A DNA stretch of 63,931 nucleotides, counting the filler, from Choristocarpus tenellus KU-1152 (taxonomy: Eukaryota > Protista > Phaeophyceae), in the NCBI GenBank assembly GCA_964200185.2. It is 10 parts of 10 records of this genome, joined end to end, with 100 filler letters (N's around TTAATTAATTAA, not from the genome) between each part and the next. Parts side by side here need not be neighbours in the genome. Positions count along the whole stretch, not along the records: positions 60,152 to 63,931 come from CAXNAD020017964.1; 9 more parts are not named here. One strand, written 5' to 3'. The position numbers and the translations under genes were made by a program. The notes under the pieces were generated by a model. The model was not told the origin of the DNA and searched no databases. It saw nothing but the letters and a program-made list of their open reading frames with translations. The stretch's first letter is position 1, and each line of letters begins with the position of its first letter. Positions 63,561 to 63,931 of this stretch are shown piece by piece.

Positions 63561-63931
63561 GAATATGACTACCCTCATGGCTCCCCTGTGCTGCTCCTCC
63601 TTTTCAACACATGTTGAAAACTATCAATCTGGTAACTCTTTTCTTACCTTGGTTTATATATTGTGTGTGTGTGTGTGTGCATTTATTTTAATATTTGTAT
63701 GTCAACAGATGTGTTCTACACTACATTGTTCCAGATGGCGCCTTCGGTGGAGTGCATGTTCTCAAGGTCCAAAAGGCTTCAAGGGGAGGTGAGGTGTCGT
63801 TTTTTTTATGTATGTGTAGGGTGTGTATGTGTGTGTTGCGTATGTGTGTGTGGAGAGGTGTAAGGTTGTTCAATGGTGTCGCTATTGTTTGTTGTCTGTC
63901 TGCCTCAGCCCTAACACCAAAATGTTCTCGC

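Noticed and set aside
1-63931. tRNA, rRNA, snRNA genes and prokaryotic operons
   Set aside because: No cloverleaf, rRNA or snRNA signature recognised by eye and no dense intron-less gene runs; tRNAscan-SE and Infernal would be needed to exclude RNA genes formally.

Overview
Eukaryotic, intron-rich and repeat-rich nuclear DNA, most consistent with a brown alga or close ochrophyte relative (inferred from retroelement styles, GT-AG introns and dispersed CCCTAA repeats). The window is ten short contigs joined by nine artificial 100-bp linkers (44 N + TTAATTAATTAA + 44 N), so adjacency across linkers means nothing. Most ORFs in the six-frame track are spurious. Manual splicing recovers six genes or gene fragments, all on the minus strand: an HTH-like/acidic protein, a small membrane-anchored protein, a CHD6-9/kismet-like remodeller fragment, a CASC3/Barentsz (Btz-domain) homolog, a Golgin-84-like C-terminus, and one apparently complete 11-exon gene for a secreted protein with two cysteine-less thioredoxin-like repeats. 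Mobile DNA includes decayed Ty3/Gypsy, Ty1/Copia and RTE-type LINE copies, several copies of an RLE-bearing (CRE-like) non-LTR retrotransposon, and three MITE subfamilies sharing the terminal core CAAAGTATCT. The best novelty candidate is the 11-exon gene enclosed by ~1.16-kb inverted repeats, a possible gene-carrying foldback or composite element. No CRISPR array, rRNA or tRNA could be supported. All homology calls come from motif recognition by eye, not database searches.
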